A stretch of 64,000 bases of DNA, from positions 3,339 through 67,338 of the IMG/VR virus record IMGVR_UViG_3300049203_000068, one strand, 5' to 3'. This DNA comes from a virus. Below, piece by piece: positions 37,599-47,399 of the stretch (its first letter is position 1; each line of letters starts with the position of its first letter). A model generated the notes under the pieces. That model was not told the origin of the DNA, searched no databases, and was given only the letters and a program-made list of their open reading frames with translations. Both the position numbers and the translations under genes were made by a program.

Positions 37599-38585
37599 TC
37601 ACTCCGATACCTTCGTCGCGACCACGTTGTCTTTTCCGCGATCAGCAAGGTTGTTAACGCTCAACTCCTGACGCTTCCAGCGTCGCTCTTGGCTCTGATT
37701 CCACAGAAACCCGGCAACAATGATGCTCACCACGAATACCGTACACAGCGCAATGATGGAGTTTTCTGATAGCTGTATGCCGCCGATCTTGATTCCTAAC
37801 GCCGCGGCCGCAGTTCCTACCGGCCCGGCCGCTGCCGCCACCTTCGTGGCCATGGACGTTTGAGGCGCCGCAACTTCGATTACGGGCGGGTTAGTTGGTA
37901 CTGTCTGGACAGTCGGTGTCTCTGGTTTTTCTATAACAACAGGAGTTACAGACGCGTCTTCTTGTTTCGCTGGTTCGTCTTTGGTGAGAGCGGGAGAATC
38001 CGCGACTTCTACCGGCGGCTCCTTTTTGAATCGCTCATACGCCGCTGCCATCTTTGCATCGTAATTGTTTTTTTTGTAAGCCGCCCCATTGTATTGCCGT
38101 GCGAATGATGCCCAATCGTGGGCGCGTAACTCTCCAACTAAACCGAAGCTCTTGATTATGTTGACGAAGGCTTTTAACTGTTCGTCCTCGCTCACCTTCA
38201 TTGCATCAACAAATTCTCCAACAGTCTTAAATCCCGCCGCTTCATGGTTGAAGCCCATGATCTGAAACTTGCCCCAGCTCGCAGACTTCATAGCCGCGAT
38301 AGGATCTAGCGCAAACGCTTCGCTGAAACGGGCGTACTGGTGCGCTCCGGCTTTGCCGTAACCGCCTGACTTTGGATTCGAAATATCTGGATGTGAGGCG
38401 CTGAACTTCCCGTGAGTAAAGTGGTGGAATTTATGCCGTTCGAAAAGTATTTTTACCCGACCATCAGGCAGGAATCCGTCACCACGGCTCTCAACCTCAT
38501 CAACCGCTTTGATTACAGCGGGCTCGACGCCCAGTTCTTCTGCGGCTGACCGGAATGCGGATTCTGTAATCGATTTGAGGCTCAC
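37599..38585 (-). CDS. endolysin, N-acetylmuramidase (DUF3380-like) with C-terminal membrane segments
   Basis: AVDEVES.G.GF...ILFERHKF...SASWGKFQIMGFN...WASFARQYNG. Confidence 0.9.
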   Translation of the reverse strand: MSLKSITESAFRSAAEELGVEPAVIKAVDEVESRGDGFLPDGRVKILFERHKFHHFTHGKFSASHPDISNPKSGGYGKAGAHQYARFSEAFALDPIAAMKSASWGKFQIMGFNHEAAGFKTVGEFVDAMKVSEDEQLKAFVNIIKSFGLVGELRAHDWASFARQYNGAAYKKNNYDAKMAAAYERFKKEPPVEVADSPALTKDEPAKQEDASVTPVVIEKPETPTVQTVPTNPPVIEVAAPQTSMATKVAAAAGPVGTAAAALGIKIGGIQLSENSIIALCTVFVVSIIVAGFLWNQSQERRWKRQELSVNNLADRGKDNVVATKVSE

Positions 38586-38621
38586 GCCTCAGTAGATTAG
38601 CTTTTGTTGAGGTTTTAAGTT

Positions 38622-39095
38622 TTAGGGAGTCGCAAAGCGAAGCGCTGAATCATGCGCCTCTTTTAACTTGATAAAGTCTTGAGAGTTGCCGCCGAGATCA
38701 GGATGCGTTTTGAGCGCGAGGCGTTTGTATGCCCGCCGCACGTCCTTTTCAGAGAAGGGAGATGATAACCCGAGGACGGTAAACGCTTCGGGTGTGAGGC
38801 AGGGACTGCTGCCCATCCAATTCCAGTCTGCGGAGCTTGGCGCGGGCTTTTCTGCGTAGAAGTATTCGTGAAACCTTGTGTGATATTGCTTTCCTTCACG
38901 CTCCATCGTGACTCGATTAAGTTGGATGCGAGTGTCTTTGTGCTCAACGTGAATCCGAGCTGCCGTGATCTTCGTAATGCGATACGGCAGATACAGCGTA
39001 TTCCAGCCAATGATCTCGCCCGCTTCTAAGCCTTCGGACTTCCAGTATCGCCAGCCATGATAAACGGTTTGCCCAACTGTAAATGTGCGTTTCAT
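38622..39095 (-). CDS. J-domain (DnaJ-like) protein
   Basis: VLGL...VRRAYKRLALKTHPDLGG with HPD motif. Confidence 0.85.
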   Translation of the reverse strand: MKRTFTVGQTVYHGWRYWKSEGLEAGEIIGWNTLYLPYRITKITAARIHVEHKDTRIQLNRVTMEREGKQYHTRFHEYFYAEKPAPSSADWNWMGSSPCLTPEAFTVLGLSSPFSEKDVRRAYKRLALKTHPDLGGNSQDFIKLKEAHDSALRFATP

Positions 39096-39133
39096 TATCT
39101 CTTACCTATATGAAAAGAGCAGAGAATCAACCT

Positions 39134-39400
39134 TCAGTCAATTGCGATTTTTACACTCACGTTTGTTCTGATCGGCGCGTTACTGGCATCGATTACGAGG
39201 TGCTGAAGGTCGAAGCGCTCCAGCTTGGCAAGTCTCTCCGGCTCATTCAGATTCCGAATTCCCGCGAGTAAATCCCGCAAGTTGATTGAGAGGTCCGATT
39301 TGGCCTTCTTCAGGATCACGTCAACATCCGAATCGCCGAGAGTTATACCCATCTGTTCGGCCTCGAAGCGCACCCATTCTTGATCGGTCATTCTAGCCAT
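39134..39400 (-). CDS. hypothetical protein
   Basis: ORF with RBS. Confidence 0.6.
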   Translation of the reverse strand: MARMTDQEWVRFEAEQMGITLGDSDVDVILKKAKSDLSINLRDLLAGIRNLNEPERLAKLERFDLQHLVIDASNAPIRTNVSVKIAID

Positions 39401-39435
39401 GTCTTAATTGTCCTACCTTCCTACTGGAGTGCCAA

Positions 39436-39687
39436 CTAATCCCAAAGTGCTCCCGATGCAACCATGCGCAGCGGTTCGGAATTTCCTTTCATCGCCTCAT
39501 CGACAACATGATCAGTCAACCTATTCATTAGGAAGTCGAATCGACCGGAACTACCTTTAGTCAATAGCACAAGCGCCTCCTGAGTTTTGACTTCATTGCC
39601 CGCTTCGATGTGTGCGATCAGTTCCGGGATCTCCGCTTCCAGCCTTTGCAGGTCGCGAATTAACGCTTGGCGTTTTTCTAATCTCAT
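39436..39687 (-). CDS. hypothetical protein
   Basis: N-terminus shared with 43157..43594. Confidence 0.65.
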   Translation of the reverse strand: MRLEKRQALIRDLQRLEAEIPELIAHIEAGNEVKTQEALVLLTKGSSGRFDFLMNRLTDHVVDEAMKGNSEPLRMVASGALWD

Positions 39688-39855
39688 ACGCCGCCATCCA
39701 TTTCTTCCGCGTCTTCAACTGTGTAGCACTCGCAACGCAGATGATCCGCGTAGCCCATTAAGCACTCGCCCGGATACGCGCAATCCCATGAATCGTCTTC
39801 GTCTTCATCCTCGAAATCGTCGTCTGCCTCACAATCGAACGGTTCAATGTAGTCT

Positions 39856-40233
39856 TCACAGTAGATCATCTTTTCTGGGCTCCCGCCTTGCGTCGCGATA
39901 CATCCACCAACGACCATCAGCCCACCTAACACGCCCGTTGTAGACCCGAAAGCGTTGCTCGCGAAATACTACGATCGAATCATGGTGCAGCCGAGTTTCA
40001 ACACGATCCCATTCTTCAAACGAATGCCCCGGCTTTTCAGCTTTACGCTTTCCGTTGCACGTCCAGAAGTGATGCCACGGTCGGACAACGAAAGGCCGCA
40101 GATAGAAAATCACCGTGTTCGCGTAGCAGCAATACGGCTGCGTCTTGTCAGGACAGGGCGCCTTAGTTAGCAGAGGTTCGCGCACTTGGATCAAGTGTTC
40201 GTGCTCAGTTGGAATGATAATTAGATCGTCCAT
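39856..40233 (-). CDS. hypothetical protein
   Basis: ORF in operon. Confidence 0.6.
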   Translation of the reverse strand: MDDLIIIPTEHEHLIQVREPLLTKAPCPDKTQPYCCYANTVIFYLRPFVVRPWHHFWTCNGKRKAEKPGHSFEEWDRVETRLHHDSIVVFREQRFRVYNGRVRWADGRWWMYRDARREPRKDDLL

Positions 40234-40270
40234 TCAATTATATCTTCCACCTATAGGCTCTCCAACCTGT

Positions 40271-41215
40271 CTAGCGGACCCTCACGTAGTCACTGCCTAA
40301 CGGTTGGCCAACGAGATGCCAAACCCAAGGTGGCGTACCTTTGGCGCCCTCTGTTTTTGCGCGCACAACCTTTTCAAATAATCCGTCGCGCTTGTACGCC
40401 AGCATGACCGCATGAATCTGACCGGTCGGAACATTTGCGAACTTGGCTATCTGAGATTCTTCACGGTTCCCCTTTGCCCATGCGTGAATCACAATCTCTT
40501 TCAGGGATTCGAGCGTATATTTCTCCAAGTGATCGTCCAACTCCTCGATCCATCCGTCGATCACATCTTGTTTGAATTTAGGTTTAGGACATCGGATGCC
40601 TAGTTCAACCAGTGTGCTCCTCGCCTCAAGGCAGAAGTCGATCATTGCCTGATCGCCGATAATCTTGATCGCCGGAATCGGAGTTGCGCCAACCAAAGAA
40701 AGCGCGACAGTCGCCACGTCAATATCCGACTTCTCGCCTGGCTCGAGTCCGGTTTCAACGTAGCGTTTGACTTGTGGCGATCTCCATCCCTTAGTGGCGG
40801 CAATTGCTATCACCGCATGAGGATCGGCGGCTTCCTTGGCTTCCTGATACACCTTGAACTTTAAGTTTTCCACCCAGGTGGAATTTTCAAACGTCTTATA
40901 GGTTTTCTCGATCTCATAAATTCTGCTTTTACCTAGCCCGACTTCTTTGGCGAAGTTCACAACGGCCCCGTCTCCGTGCTTACGAATTAGCGAAGCCGCA
41001 ATAGCGCCAAGCTTCCATAGATCGTGTTCGGTATCACTCACCGTCTCGCGCCATGCGGCAACATGCTCGTCATAGGTAACGCCGTTGAAGACTGGCATTC
41101 CCTTAGGCGCCCTACCGAAGTCAATTTGCGTGTTCATACTTGGGGGAATTTTGGATACGGGTTCCATTGTTTCTACTTGCATTATTTTGTTTTCGTCTCC
41201 CACTTTTGTCGCCAA
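40271..41215 (-). CDS. putative DNA-binding protein
   Basis: HTH-like FAKEVGLGKSRIYE; C-terminal winged-helix-like region. Confidence 0.55.
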   Translation of the reverse strand: MATKVGDENKIMQVETMEPVSKIPPSMNTQIDFGRAPKGMPVFNGVTYDEHVAAWRETVSDTEHDLWKLGAIAASLIRKHGDGAVVNFAKEVGLGKSRIYEIEKTYKTFENSTWVENLKFKVYQEAKEAADPHAVIAIAATKGWRSPQVKRYVETGLEPGEKSDIDVATVALSLVGATPIPAIKIIGDQAMIDFCLEARSTLVELGIRCPKPKFKQDVIDGWIEELDDHLEKYTLESLKEIVIHAWAKGNREESQIAKFANVPTGQIHAVMLAYKRDGLFEKVVRAKTEGAKGTPPWVWHLVGQPLGSDYVRVR

Positions 41216-41228
41216 TCTCCAATCCGGT

Positions 41229-41705
41229 TTACTCCTGTGAGGTGTTCGCTCGTGAGGATTTCAAGGGTTCCTGAATCAGTCGCGATGTGCTCGCGATCAA
41301 TTCGTGCGTCCAAACTTGTCTGGCCGCGGGATGCGGGATTTCTAACACCCTGCCGCTCTCATTCTTGAGTTTGTATCCCGATTCTTTGAACGTGCGCTGC
41401 GCCACTTTCCCGCAGACTAATAACACGTCGATGTGTGCCGCGTGCGGGTCATTAGTCTCGATCTCTGCGAGGTTCTCGGCTAACCATTTCGGATCGGGTG
41501 TACCGTGTTGGTTGGCACGCGACACCAACTCACGGCAGGCATTCGTTACAAGCAGTTTGGCGTTTGGCCCGCAGAGTTTATATAACCGTCGCCCGCTGTG
41601 GTTTTCAGGGTTGATGCGGAAGAAGCGCGGCGCTTCCTGATAACCGGCGCTGGAAGTCATGCTGCGCCAGTCCCACATGGTTTCTAAGACTGCAACAACG
41701 TTCAT
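41229..41705 (-). CDS. uracil-DNA glycosylase-superfamily-like protein
   Basis: SGRRL, LLVCGKVAQ, IPHPAAR motifs. Confidence 0.6.
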   Translation of the reverse strand: MNVVAVLETMWDWRSMTSSAGYQEAPRFFRINPENHSGRRLYKLCGPNAKLLVTNACRELVSRANQHGTPDPKWLAENLAEIETNDPHAAHIDVLLVCGKVAQRTFKESGYKLKNESGRVLEIPHPAARQVWTHELIASTSRLIQEPLKSSRANTSQE

Positions 41706-42145
41706 TTTGTTTCGGCTGCTCTCAAAGCATCTTCTACCCACTTTAATGCTTGCCCATTAGGTATGAACTTCGGCGTTATTCGAATCACGGTCCACCCTGC
41801 GATCGCTGCGGCGTTGTACTTTTCTATATCCCGCAAGATGTTTCCCACGGCTTTGTGTGCGCCGCCGGACTCCATGAATAACCCGCCTTCGTACTCAACC
41901 AACAGCTTTGAGCCGGTCACGCGCCAGTCGGATCGCCACTTGCGCGGACGTGCGAAATAGAACTCGCGCTCAACCTGAATTCCCACTAAAGACAACTGTT
42001 GTTCAAACTCTGCCTTGTAGTCGTGCTTTACTTCTCGAGTAATCTGGACGTTAGTTGCCTTCGGTTCAACTGAGACAATCTCTATCTTCAAACCTTTACG
42101 GGCTTGATAATCCGCATAGTCCTGATCTGTCCAGCGTGCGCTCAA
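41702..42145 (-). CDS. PD-(D/E)XK (Vsr/DUF559-like) endonuclease
   Basis: EFYF..PRKWRSD...LVEYEGG...DIEKYNAAAIAGWTVIR. Confidence 0.85.
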   Translation of the reverse strand: MSARWTDQDYADYQARKGLKIEIVSVEPKATNVQITREVKHDYKAEFEQQLSLVGIQVEREFYFARPRKWRSDWRVTGSKLLVEYEGGLFMESGGAHKAVGNILRDIEKYNAAAIAGWTVIRITPKFIPNGQALKWVEDALRAAETK

Positions 42146-42259
42146 TTCTTTCTCTCCGCTTCTCTTGCCCTAGCGCGAGCGCTAGAACACTGTTTACAGC
42201 CACACTGGCAGTGAATTACTACTCGACAATTCTTACAGTGCTCGTGACGGTTAGTCATT

Positions 42260-42484
42260 TCACTCACTATCTGGTCTCCTCAGCACTGGCCGGTCATAGC
42301 CAATTCCTTCCTTATAAACAGCCCTGCCATTTAGTGGCGTTAGGTAGACAGCATTCCGAAATTTTACGCTTACATAACCATCAGCAAGTTGGTTCATCGA
42401 AATGAACTCTCCCGGATCTTCCCTGCGACGGGACGCAAAGCCTTCTACTCGCTCACGTGGCTCAGGCTTTTTGTCAGACGTCAC
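42260..42484 (-). CDS. hypothetical protein
   Basis: ORF with GGAG RBS. Confidence 0.55.
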   Translation of the reverse strand: MTSDKKPEPRERVEGFASRRREDPGEFISMNQLADGYVSVKFRNAVYLTPLNGRAVYKEGIGYDRPVLRRPDSE

Positions 42485-42507
42485 TCTTTACTCCCAATAG
42501 CAGCTAA

Positions 42508-43149
42508 TCAAATTCCAGTGTTAGCAAAGTTGCCCGCCGCCTTCCCCTTTAACTCTTGGAACAAGGCACCCCTGCCGGCGACGTAACCATTACGAGTCTT
42601 GATCCACTGCGGCAGATCTAGATGTTCGGTCTTCTGAATCCCATTGCCGTTTGCCGAAAGCGTGGCCGCGATCTGCTTGCCTTTAATAAACTGATAGGGC
42701 AGGAAAGAATGAAGGTATCCATCCCGGACCACTGCCGCGATGTTCTGAAACGCGTACAACTCCAGATCGCCTTCGCGCTCGGATGCCTCTAAGCATGGAC
42801 GAATAGCAAACTGCGGCGTCTTTACTTTGTGCGAGCGATTCAGCCACATTGAGAAGTAACGTTCTAGATCTGCGGGAACGTTATGCGGCGTTGATGTTTG
42901 AATGGTCGAAACGAACGCATCAAAGACACCGGCTATCTTGGCCTGCTCAGCCGCCGGATATACGGTCTTGGGCTTTGGTGTCGGCACCGGGGCCTTCTTT
43001 GGCCGTACCTCTGGCTCTTCGGCCTCGTGAACACTTATAACGCTGACGCGCACAAGGAATTGCAAATGAGCGCCGCACGATGGGCAGTCAAAGGCTTTGG
43101 TCTCTTTCTTGATTGCTTCTATTTTTAATGGTGTTAGTGCTTCACTCAT
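42508..43149 (-). CDS. hypothetical protein
   Basis: ORF of 213 aa with CPSC. Confidence 0.65.
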   Translation of the reverse strand: MSEALTPLKIEAIKKETKAFDCPSCGAHLQFLVRVSVISVHEAEEPEVRPKKAPVPTPKPKTVYPAAEQAKIAGVFDAFVSTIQTSTPHNVPADLERYFSMWLNRSHKVKTPQFAIRPCLEASEREGDLELYAFQNIAAVVRDGYLHSFLPYQFIKGKQIAATLSANGNGIQKTEHLDLPQWIKTRNGYVAGRGALFQELKGKAAGNFANTGI

Positions 43150-43156
43150 GATTTAC

Positions 43157-43594
43157 TCAACTCTTTTGCTCCATAGCAGCTAATGCAGCACGACAGATCG
43201 CTAACGCGGGACTCTCAACGGTCGCGGATTCGATGAATGGTTCCGCTGGCGGGTACATACAGCACCACCAACCGCCCGCGCTGCTCGCGTTAACGCTGAC
43301 CATGTATTCCTGCTTCTGAAAATGCTCAACCACTTTCATTGCGGCTTCAATGGATGACGAATATGGTCTGACGCCTATTCGGTAGCCGCCCGGATCACCG
43401 TGCGATGGTCCTACAGTCGGATCGCTCCATACTTCTGGCAATGTATTCCCCATCACACGCTCGGCAACGGCGCGATCTAATTCCTCTCCACTTAATTCTT
43501 TGGTTGACTCAGGCATATAAGCGATCAATTCAGGGATCTCGGCTTCCAGCCTCCGCAAGTCGCGTATCAAGGCTTCACGCCGTTCAAGTCTCAT
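43157..43594 (-). CDS. phage ABA-sandwich (BC1872-like) domain protein
   Basis: GEELDRAVAERVMG...YSSSIEAAMKVVE...ALAICRAAL. Confidence 0.75.
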   Translation of the reverse strand: MRLERREALIRDLRRLEAEIPELIAYMPESTKELSGEELDRAVAERVMGNTLPEVWSDPTVGPSHGDPGGYRIGVRPYSSSIEAAMKVVEHFQKQEYMVSVNASSAGGWWCCMYPPAEPFIESATVESPALAICRAALAAMEQKS

Positions 43595-43930
43595 CTACCC
43601 CTCTCCAATCTCGTGATCTGCTTCAAAAGCAATAAGAGCAGAGTTGGCTGCGATCAATTCCCGGATGAATGTTCCCACGTCCACATTCAAGAATGTTATG
43701 GACGCAAGTGACCGCTGGGCGGCCTTGGACTTTTCAACTACAGCCGCTCGTAGACGTTCGTGTTCAGTAGTTATCCGCGCTTTCTCTGCGCTATCCGTGC
43801 TCGCAAGATCGCGGATCGGATCTTTAGCGGTGCTGTTCCGAATGAGCGTTCTTAATCGCGCGCCATGCGACGCCGCAGAAGATTCTCTCGACTTATAATC
43901 AGGTGCGTACTCTACTTTTCCGGTTTCCAT
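43595..43930 (-). CDS. hypothetical protein
   Basis: GGAGG RBS before METGKVE. Confidence 0.6.
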   Translation of the reverse strand: METGKVEYAPDYKSRESSAASHGARLRTLIRNSTAKDPIRDLASTDSAEKARITTEHERLRAAVVEKSKAAQRSLASITFLNVDVGTFIRELIAANSALIAFEADHEIGEG

Positions 43931-44138
43931 CAGTACCTCCGTTGTGTTCGTTAGCGTATGCCTGAGCGATGCTGCCACATACGATGTCACCGATGGCGGC
44001 TATCACCATCAGCGTAAGAATCGCCCCGACAGGTATGGCTACGAATTCACCAACCCGCAACACTACAAGCGTCAGCGCTGCTGTTGTAAGACGATCAAAA
44101 GCACGTTCACCCGCTTTCCAGAAGCGATATGAGTTCAT
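43899..44138 (-). CDS. small membrane protein
   Basis: Hydrophobic segments; RBS. Confidence 0.55.
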   Translation of the reverse strand: MNSYRFWKAGERAFDRLTTAALTLVVLRVGEFVAIPVGAILTLMVIAAIGDIVCGSIAQAYANEHNGGTDGNRKSRVRT

Positions 44139-44171
44139 TAGATCTCCCCTTCGTCTACTCTGGTTAATACT

Positions 44172-44570
44172 TCAGGCATGGCCAATCCCATCCACGCGCA
44201 CGCGTTTTTCCTTCATCATGTCTTTTATGAATCCTTCTTGACTTCCGATTGCCGTGTCTAGGATGAGGTAGTAAACGGTCTCGCGCTTGGGTTTGATGGT
44301 CCGCTGCATCAAGAGCGTTGTGCCTGGATCGTACCAGTGCATCGGCCCGTTTGATCTTGGATCGTCTACCAAGGCGCGGTACTGATCCAAGGTGCGGATC
44401 TTGCGGCCGCGCAGGAAGTCATTCTGCACCTTACTCTTGGTCGTTTTGCGGATGCCTCCATCTTTGCCCCTGAATCCCAACGCGCTCAATCGACGCACCG
44501 CATCAAAATCACAAAACGCTATGCCCGCTCCCGGCAAGACTGTTAGACGAATCGTTTCACCCAACTCCAT
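44172..44570 (-). CDS. hypothetical protein
   Basis: GGAGG RBS. Confidence 0.6.
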   Translation of the reverse strand: MELGETIRLTVLPGAGIAFCDFDAVRRLSALGFRGKDGGIRKTTKSKVQNDFLRGRKIRTLDQYRALVDDPRSNGPMHWYDPGTTLLMQRTIKPKRETVYYLILDTAIGSQEGFIKDMMKEKRVRVDGIGHA

Positions 44571-44649
44571 TTACCCCTCCGCTCTAACCGCACACAAAAG
44601 AGTTCCCAAAACCACAAAGGCTGTTAGTAAGAGAATTGATTTAGACATT

Positions 44650-44889
44650 TCAGATCGCTAGTACCTGTTCGCCTTCGCTCATCAGTTTCTTTTCCAGTGC
44701 CTCCGCTTCGGCGCGAAGTTCTTCAACCTGAGCTTGCTTCTTTTCATATTCGCCTATGCGCGAGACGCAGGAATTGACGGTTGAGCGTCCGTACTTCTTG
44801 CAAAGCGCTTGGACTTCGGGCATTGCGGCCCGTATCGCGGCACGGTGCTGATCGCGTTTGCTGGCCTTCTTAACGAGTTTTGGTTTCAT
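44650..44889 (-). CDS. small coiled-coil protein
   Basis: AAGGAG RBS. Confidence 0.65.
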   Translation of the reverse strand: MKPKLVKKASKRDQHRAAIRAAMPEVQALCKKYGRSTVNSCVSRIGEYEKKQAQVEELRAEAEALEKKLMSEGEQVLAI

Positions 44890-45037
44890 AAATTCTCCTT
44901 TGGAGTTGAACTCCGGTTGCTTCAGTTTCTGCTACTTACTTCAGGGTCGCTAGTCCGCTGCTATTTCGGACTGTCGGCCCTGAAATCTAAACTGCTTCTG
45001 TTAAAGGCGCCTGACCGTGTTACTCAACGTCTGCGAT

Positions 45038-45346
45038 TTATTTGCTGCCCGTTCTTATGTCTTTCACCTTTTGCCGGGCCCGTCTGTATCCGATCTCCAG
45101 CGCTTCCCAGTCCGCGTCATTCTCTTGAAATCTGATAACGCCTTTAAGCGCCGTATAAGTGCAGGAGTTCAGATCGTTATTATGCTCAACTCCGTCGTAG
45201 ATGAACTTCACCGGACGATTCATCATGCCGAAACAGAAGAACGACTCACCGGGAACAGGTCGCGTAACGTCTGCATAGTCCGAATCCTTAACCTGATAGA
45301 CGGGCGTACAACGAGGTTCTGGGCAACACCACGGGCGCTTAGGCAT
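45038..45346 (-). CDS. hypothetical Cys-containing protein
   Basis: GGAG RBS. Confidence 0.6.
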   Translation of the reverse strand: MPKRPWCCPEPRCTPVYQVKDSDYADVTRPVPGESFFCFGMMNRPVKFIYDGVEHNNDLNSCTYTALKGVIRFQENDADWEALEIGYRRARQKVKDIRTGSK

Positions 45347-45722
45347 TTACGCTCCGATCTCAATTCCGCGCTCGCGCAGAAACGCCGCGTCAATCTCCTG
45401 CGGCCAATCCGTAGGCCATTCAACAGGCTCTCCTTGCGCGTCAAATAAGATCCATCCCTCGGCGTCACGATAAGCAGAGTTAATTGTCATTGATTCGGCC
45501 ACCTCACTGCGTCACATTTACCAGTAAGAACGTACCAAGCATCACGCAAACGATGCCAGAAGCAACAACGCAACGGGCGCGACGGAACCCACTCGCCGCC
45601 AATGTTTGCCATGTTGGAGTTTGCGCCAATTATTAAGTTAGCCAGTAAAATCATTTTTAATCCCTCCCCTTCGCAGTTTCCAACTCCCAACTTCTCTCCA
45701 TTCGCATGTATGGCTATCTAAA

Positions 45723-47219
45723 TCATGCCGCTATCCCCAGTGGTATCCAGATCCTTTCGTTACCTGGAGACGCCGTATAAGAGCGGCGCTCACAGATACC
45801 GAACGATATGCCCTTTATCCAGTAATCCTTCACTTCGATCTGTGGGGTCATCGTATTCAGCAGCCGGCGCTTCTGATCGCGATTCAGTTCATCGAATGAG
45901 ACGAACGCTCTGAATATCTTGGCCAGTAATTCAACCCCAAACGCTGGCTCTTGTTCGCGACTCAGCATCTCTTCCGTCGTTTGTTGCTCGCGCTGGATTG
46001 TCAGGAGACGTGTATTGCGTTCGTCTTGCCCGATGACACCTTCAAAGTAAGAATCCAGCACTCGTTGGCGTTTTGCCGTAAGACTCTTGATCTGTGATCC
46101 AAGACGCTCGCGGTCAAGGGGCTTTGCTGACAGCTTTGATGCTTGAAGTTGAGACTGAAGAAAAGCCGGGTTCGTTAGCTTCTTAGTGAACGCTTCGTCC
46201 AGTCGCGGATCAAGCCGGTCACGTCGCATGTACCTAGCTCCGCATCCGTCACGACACTTGTAATAATCGCCGCGGTGGATCGCTGTGTAGATCCTTGCTC
46301 CGCATAGGCATTTCAAAAAGCCGTTGTAGGTAAACCGATGCTCGAATCCTTCTATATGTCGCCATGCCTGTAGTTTCTTGACGTCGAGAATTCGTTGCAC
46401 GTGATCGAACTCCGACTCTGATACGAGTGGATCGAGCACTCGCACCCTGATCACCTCATCGGCAGCTCGGTTGATTTTGCGCTTGCTTCCTTGGCGTCCG
46501 TTCTTTGTCGCGTACTTGCCGGTCGGTGATGGGTCACACTTCTTATCGATCACTCTGACGCCGGTATAGATCGGGTTTCTGAGAATCCGTCGCAGCCTAT
46601 GAGCAGGCAATCCCAGCTTGTCGCCTATCGCGGCGTAAGATGTTTCGCCAGCCAGAATTAAACGAAACGCTTCTTTGACCTTTTCGGCGTTAGCGGTGTA
46701 TGACCACGTACCGTTGAAATCAACCCCATAAGGCAGACAGTTTTTACCGGCCGGAAATCCTCCAGCTCTTCGTTTTTCTTCTTTTGCGGTCCACGTTCTT
46801 TCTAGTATCTCAGACCGCTCCATGCCCGCGATCGCCGCGCGGATCGTTCCCATCAATCTGCCTGTCTTTGATGAGAAGTCTATCGGTCCTTCGGGCAAGT
46901 AAAGCATCGTGTTTGAATCTGCGAACGCCTGAAGCAGAGCGTAGTCAGAAAACTTTTCCGGCCTCATTAATCTTGAGAACTCCCGCGCAACTACGGCATG
47001 TATTTCAGGGTCATTCATCAGGGTTACAAGTTCCTGAATCTCGGGAGCTAGCAACACGGCAGCACCAGACACATCCGATATCTCAATCGAGCGAATGATC
47101 GTCAACCCGTAAGCAAGCGCAGTCTTACGGTTAATTGCTCGCTGTGCCGGAATCGAGGCTCTATCCTCTGCGGCCTGCGATTCTGTGGACACTCTTATGA
47201 GTTCGATTGCGTGCTTCAT
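45723..47219 (-). CDS. large serine recombinase (integrase)
   Basis: IRVSTESQ catalytic motif; SRLMR; PYG; ILRNPIYTG recombinase domain; C..CG...YYKC Zn ribbon; coiled coil. Confidence 0.92.
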   Translation of the reverse strand: MKHAIELIRVSTESQAAEDRASIPAQRAINRKTALAYGLTIIRSIEISDVSGAAVLLAPEIQELVTLMNDPEIHAVVAREFSRLMRPEKFSDYALLQAFADSNTMLYLPEGPIDFSSKTGRLMGTIRAAIAGMERSEILERTWTAKEEKRRAGGFPAGKNCLPYGVDFNGTWSYTANAEKVKEAFRLILAGETSYAAIGDKLGLPAHRLRRILRNPIYTGVRVIDKKCDPSPTGKYATKNGRQGSKRKINRAADEVIRVRVLDPLVSESEFDHVQRILDVKKLQAWRHIEGFEHRFTYNGFLKCLCGARIYTAIHRGDYYKCRDGCGARYMRRDRLDPRLDEAFTKKLTNPAFLQSQLQASKLSAKPLDRERLGSQIKSLTAKRQRVLDSYFEGVIGQDERNTRLLTIQREQQTTEEMLSREQEPAFGVELLAKIFRAFVSFDELNRDQKRRLLNTMTPQIEVKDYWIKGISFGICERRSYTASPGNERIWIPLGIAA

Positions 47220-47379
47220 TCGGAATTAATTCCTTTGCGATCTGTTCCGCCGTCTCAAAATCTTCGTCTAAGACAGCGCGGGCAAGTCGGCGCGTAGTAT
47301 TTTCCCTTTCCTCCGCAATGGCAAGAGCGGCATCGATCAAGCCCTGATCTGAATTGTTTTTTATTAACTCAAGACTCAT
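47161..47379 (-). CDS. small hypothetical protein overlapping the recombinase start
   Basis: GGGGAG RBS before MSLELIK. Confidence 0.55.
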   Translation of the reverse strand: MSLELIKNNSDQGLIDAALAIAEERENTTRRLARAVLDEDFETAEQIAKELIPNEARNRTHKSVHRIAGRRG

Positions 47380-47399
47380 ATCTCCCCTACAATCCTCAA

